From positions 124,001 to 188,000 of the forward strand of contig MEDY01000002.1 in NCBI GenBank assembly GCA_001724265.1: DNA of 64,000 nucleotides. The letters run 5' to 3'. Shown here piece after piece: positions 59,417-64,000 of the stretch. The notes beneath the pieces are model-generated. The model saw only the letters and a program-made list of their open reading frames with translations. It was not told where the DNA came from and made no database searches. Each line of letters starts with the position of its first letter. Within the stretch, counting starts at the first letter, position 1. The DNA is from Rhizaria sp. SCN 62-66 (taxonomy: Eukaryota). A program made the position numbers and the translations under genes.

Positions 59417-60712
59417 TTAGACTTGAGCTGGTGCGTAACCCGTGCTATTCGTATTACTATTGCTGTTGCTATTGTTGTTCGTGTTATTATTGCTGCTGCT
59501 GCTGAGATTATACGGATAGGGCTTGAGTCCACCGTTGATGTTCCCACTCATGTTAGAGCCAGCGCTGTCGGCGGTCGAGCACATACCGTTGAGGCTGTGG
59601 GAGTGACTGTGCGCATGTGGAAGCAGATAACCGTAACCGTTACTCGCCGCAGCAGCAGCGGCAGCAGCATTGTTGTTATTGTTGTTGTAGACGGCCCCAC
59701 CAGGAGGCTGCCAGCCGGCGTTGTAGCTGTTGTAGCCGCTCAGGCCGTGAGGGTTGGTGCTGTTGGCGCCAGCGGAGTTGGACGCCGGAACACCAAACAC
59801 GGCCCCCTGCCCCTGCCCCTGCCCCTGTTGCTGCTGCTGCTGCTGCTGCTGCTGTTGCATCTGCTGCAGTTGCTGCATCTGCTGCGGAGGGTAGTACCCC
59901 ATACTCGCAGCCGCAGCGGCGGCGGCGGCGGCAGTGAAGTCCATGCCGCCCATAAACGGGTTCGCCGGCGGCATCGTCATCGCTGCAACATTCGCACCAC
60001 TGGGCATGTAAGTACCCGCGGCGGGCATGTAAGGGCCGCCGGCGCCCGCGGTGCCGTTCGCGGCGGCGGTGGTGGTGGCGGGGTTGCTGTTGACGTTGCT
60101 GTTGTATGGAGCAGCGAGCCCCAGAGACATCATAAACGCCCCGAAGTCCACGCCGTTGGCGCCGTTTGTGGCGTTGTACAGGTACCCCCCGCCCGCGGCG
60201 CCGGTGTAGCTCGCGCTGTTGCTGTGGCTGCTGTTGCTGTCGCTGTCGTTGGGACTGGCGTTGGTCGCCGAGCGCACCGGCAGCCCTTGCTGCTGCCCCT
60301 GCTGTCCGTGCTGGCCCTGGCCCTGCTGCAGTTGCTGCTGCTGGCGCTGGTGGAGGGACAGCGGGTGCTGGCGCGGTGGTGTGTGCGCGTACATCCCGAC
60401 CCCACCGGCGTTACCGTTCGCATTCGCGCCCACGCCGAAGTTGAGGCTGGCGCTGCTGTGGCCGAGGCCGGTGCTCATCGCGGCGCCCGTCGACGACGAC
60501 GCGGAGGTCGAGGACGAGGTGGGGGCCAGCGACGGGACGGAGCCGGCGAAGCTGTGGCCAGAAACGCCGGAGACTGTGCTGGCCACGTGGGACGGCGCGT
60601 AGCCGGAGACCATGGACTCGGTGCCAGTGGTGGTCATGCGCGCACCGCTTCGCTGCTGCTGCTGCTGCTGGAGGCTGTAGGGGTACGCGTTGTACGCGGG
60701 GTAGCCAGCCAC

Positions 60713-60754
<42 letters not shown>

Positions 60755-63700
60755 GGGGTAGCCATAGCCGAAGTTGTTGTTGTTGTTCGCGTTAGCGTCA
60801 GCGTTGAAGTTGGCGTTGCCAGCCACAGCCGCAGCGGCAGCGGCCGCCGCAGCGGCGAAGGCTGGATGAGCGCCGGGGCCGTACTGGCCCGGAGGAGCAG
60901 CAGCAGCAGCAGTAGCATTAGATGCGGGCTGAGTGCCGCTGGTGGCGGCGGACATGAGCGTTGCAGCAACAGCCATAACGTCAACACCACCACCGGCAGC
61001 GCCAGTGCTAGCATTGTTAACAGTAGTGTTGTTATTGTTATTGTTGGCGTTATTGTTGTTGTTGTTGTTTCTCAGCGCCATCACAGCAGCTATGTTGCCG
61101 GCAGTGCTATTGCCCGAGTTGTACAGCGCTCCGTTGCCGTTGCCACCGGCATTATTGCGCGCATAATGCGGGCGGTAAACCGCTGCGAACGGCCCGGTCC
61201 CCGTGCTCGTGTCAGACGTCTCGTTACCGCTGCCGTTGCCGCTCGCGTTGCCGCTGGTGGTGCCGCTGATGCTGCCGCTGACATAGGCGCTATTGTACCC
61301 GCTGTTGGGACTCGAGAGATGGAACGTGCCGAAGGAGCCGTGGACGGAGCTCGACGGCAGCGAAGGCGGCGGCAGCATGTGTCCCAGCGCGCCGACCCCG
61401 GACCCCAGCCCGGGGCCCATGGCCATCCCCGTTGGACCACCCCCAGCAATGCCACCGCCGGTCATGGCGGCGGCTCCCATGGAACCGAGCGCGTTGAGGT
61501 TTCCCGTCACGCCCGCGGCGGCGGCGGCGGCAGCGGCGGCCACGGCGGCCGCGGCGGTGTACGGATTCATACCGAGGGCAAACTGATGCTGCAGCGGCAT
61601 GAACGTGCCGCCGTTGCCGTTCGCAGGAGTGGGGATGATTGCGCCTGTGGCGGGGTCGATGCTCATGCTGCCACTGCCGCTGGTGTTGGTGTTGTTGATG
61701 TTGCTGCCGCTGGTGTTCATGTTCCCACTGCCGTCATTGCCGCCAGCGCCGCCGCTGCCGGTGCTGCCCTGCATCAGTGCCAGCGCAAGCGGCAGCGGGC
61801 CGTACGCGCCCGCGGCGCCCGAGGCCAGCACGGCCTGAGCGCCCGCGCGCCCGTGCCCGAAGCCATCGGCCGTGACCACTGCTCCTCGATCCCGCTCGCG
61901 CTCGCGTTCGCTGTAGCTGTGGTGGGAGTTGTCGGAGTGGTTGCCGGTGCTGCTGGATGACGTGTCGCCGCCGGTGCCGGTGCCCGTAAACGACGCAGGC
62001 GTGTAGCCGGCGTAGCCAGACGCGGCGGCGGCGGCCGTGGCGGCGGCGAGCGCGGCGGCGGCGGCCGCGGCGGTGGGGGACATGTGCGGCGGGTTGGAAT
62101 GCGAGAGGGACATCGCCTGCGACGGCCAGAAGCTGCCGCTGTTGCTGTGGGCGCCGACGCTGCCGTTGTTGCTGTACTGCGACTGCGAGTTCGAGTACAC
62201 CCCACCGTGCGGCGACTGGCCAAGCGACTGGGAAATGATGCGTTGTGCCATCATGAAGCAGTGCGCGCTACCGCAGCCGCCGGGGTTGACGCCGTTGAGC
62301 ATACCGGCGCTCATGTTGCTGCTGTTGCTGCTCCCGCTGGTATTGCCGGAGCCGGAGTACGGGTCCTGGTTCGACTCATCACCGCTGCCGCTGCCGTTGC
62401 CGCCGTGGCCGTGGTTCTGGTTGTTGAGAACGGTAGCCAGGCACGTGCACGTGTTGCCGCCCGCGTTGGCGACGCCCGCGGAACCCATGGCACCCATGCC
62501 CGCGGCCCCCCCCGTCGCGCCGGCGGCGGCGTGCGACTGTCGCAGCAGGAGGTGAGCCTGCGCCTGGGCCTGGGCCTGCAGCATCATCATCGCCTGCGCC
62601 TGCGCTTGCGCCTGAGCCTGGGCCTGAGCCTGAGCCTGCGCCTGTGCTTGGGCTTGGAGGTGCAGGTGGGCCTGGATCTGGGCGTGCGCGTACGCGTGCG
62701 AGTGCGCGGAGCCTTCCTTAAGCGCTGCCGCGCGTGCAACACCGCTGTGGAAGTTGTTATTGTTGTTGCTCATGTTGAGATTCACACCGCTGCCGTTGTT
62801 GCTGTTGGCGTGCATCGACACCGAGTTCGCGGTGGACCCGGCGACCGACGAGTACCCGCTCGTGCCGCCGCTGTTGCTGCCGTTGTTGGCGCCGCCCGCA
62901 CTGCGCGGGGCGGCGGTGCTGGCCGCCGCCGTGGAACTGCTGCTGTTGCTGCCGGCGCCGGCGCCGCCCTGCTGCGAGCCGTACGCGTGCTGCGCGGCGC
63001 CGGGGCTGGGCCCGCCAGAGGCCGGCGCGGCGCCGTCGTCGGCGTTGGTGATAAACGGGTGGCGCATGCCTTGCTCGGGGGTCAGCCGCGCCGCGGGGTC
63101 CCACTGCAGGCACTCGCGGATGAACGAGAGGAAGCGGGCGTCAGTCGTCCGGGTCGCGTCTGACAGCGCCTTGGTGCCCGCGTGGCGCACCTTGCCGCGG
63201 GAGTTAGGCACCACGTTCGGCCGGTTGCTGTCGTCGAAGAAGGCGGAGCGGCGCGAAGCGGTTGATAGTAAGCGGGAGGGGGGAACGCCGAAGACTTCCA
63301 TGATGCACTGGATCTGCTCCGTCTCGTCTTCACCGGGGAAAATCGGGTAGCCGGTGTGGAGTTCGACGAGAATGCAGCCCAGAGACCACATATCGATTGG
63401 CAGACCGTAGGGGCACCCGAGGATGACTTCGGGGGAGCGGTAGAAGCGCGACTGGATGTACGTGTACACGCACTCGTTGGCGAAGCATGAGGAGCCGAAG
63501 TCGATGACGCGGATGTTTGACTTAGAAGTTGACTTGAGCAAGATGTTCTCGGGCTTAAGATCGCAGTGGATGGTGTTTTCCTTCTGTAAGAAGCAGAGAG
63601 TCTGCAGCAACTGATGCGCCATACGACGCACGAGCGACAGCGACATGCCACGGAAGTTATTCGCCTTGATGTACTCGTAGAGGTTCAGAGACAGCGGCTC

Positions 63701-64000
63701 GAACGTGATACACAGGTGGTTACGGAAGTAGAAGTAACCATACACACGGACGATGTTGCTCTTATGCTCACGGTCACGGTTCATCAGATGCTCGAGAATG
63801 CGGATCTCCACCAACGCTTGGTGGTGGAAGCGCTTCTTGTTGCGGATCATCTTGAGTGCGACGATCGAGTCCTTTTTGTAGTCATACACACGTGCAACCT
63901 GACCGAAGGAGCCCTTGCCGTACATCGCAAGAACTTCATACCGGTACTCAATATGGTCACCAAGCACGAACTTGTAGTCGCCACGCTCGTCATCGTACCC
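59417..64000 (-). CDS. DYRK2: Dual-specificity tyrosine-regulated kinase, class 2 (DYRK2/3/4-like), 5'-truncated by the window edge, with a ~1200-aa low-complexity C-terminal tail
   Basis: DH box GYDDERGDY, GKGSFGQV, VALKMIRNKKRFHHQALVEIRIL, IHCDLKPENILL, DFGSSC and activation loop YTYIQSRFYRSPEVILG. TAA stop followed two codons later by TGA. Confidence 0.95.

Noticed and set aside
10013-59419. Ciliate-type code (UAA and UAG both Gln) or all-three-stops-ambiguous code
   Set aside because: No internal TAA or TGA was seen despite many CAA codons, and four genes end at TAA exactly where the composition changes.

Overview
Gene-dense eukaryotic DNA, probably from a flagellated protist. Exons are GC-rich and separated by short AT-rich GT-AG introns, and the proteins carry very long low-complexity tracts (poly-Q/N/A/S/G). 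Seven protein-coding genes are supported: (1) a SAM + B-box + coiled-coil + CHORD-like protein (minus strand, runs off the left edge); (2) glucosidase II beta/PRKCSH ending in KDEL; (3) an OFD1-like LisH coiled-coil protein; (4) a NudC-type CS-domain protein; (5) a ~4290-aa MGC-start protein of unknown function; (6) a ~5720-aa DENN-domain protein; (7) a class-2 DYRK kinase (runs off the right edge). Main result: three genes contain five in-frame TAG codons at Gln-like positions, with the same frame continuing afterwards. All six visible gene ends use TAA or TGA. This points to UAG being read as sense (probably Gln) while UAA stays a stop. Second result: three DNA words (GCTCACGGTCAC, CGGCYTAACTTCCG, STAAGTACCC) recur across unrelated coding sequences on both strands and in different frames, including inside conserved domains. 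Splice donors are mostly GTACGT. All gene models and motif counts were made by eye and need computational and transcript confirmation.
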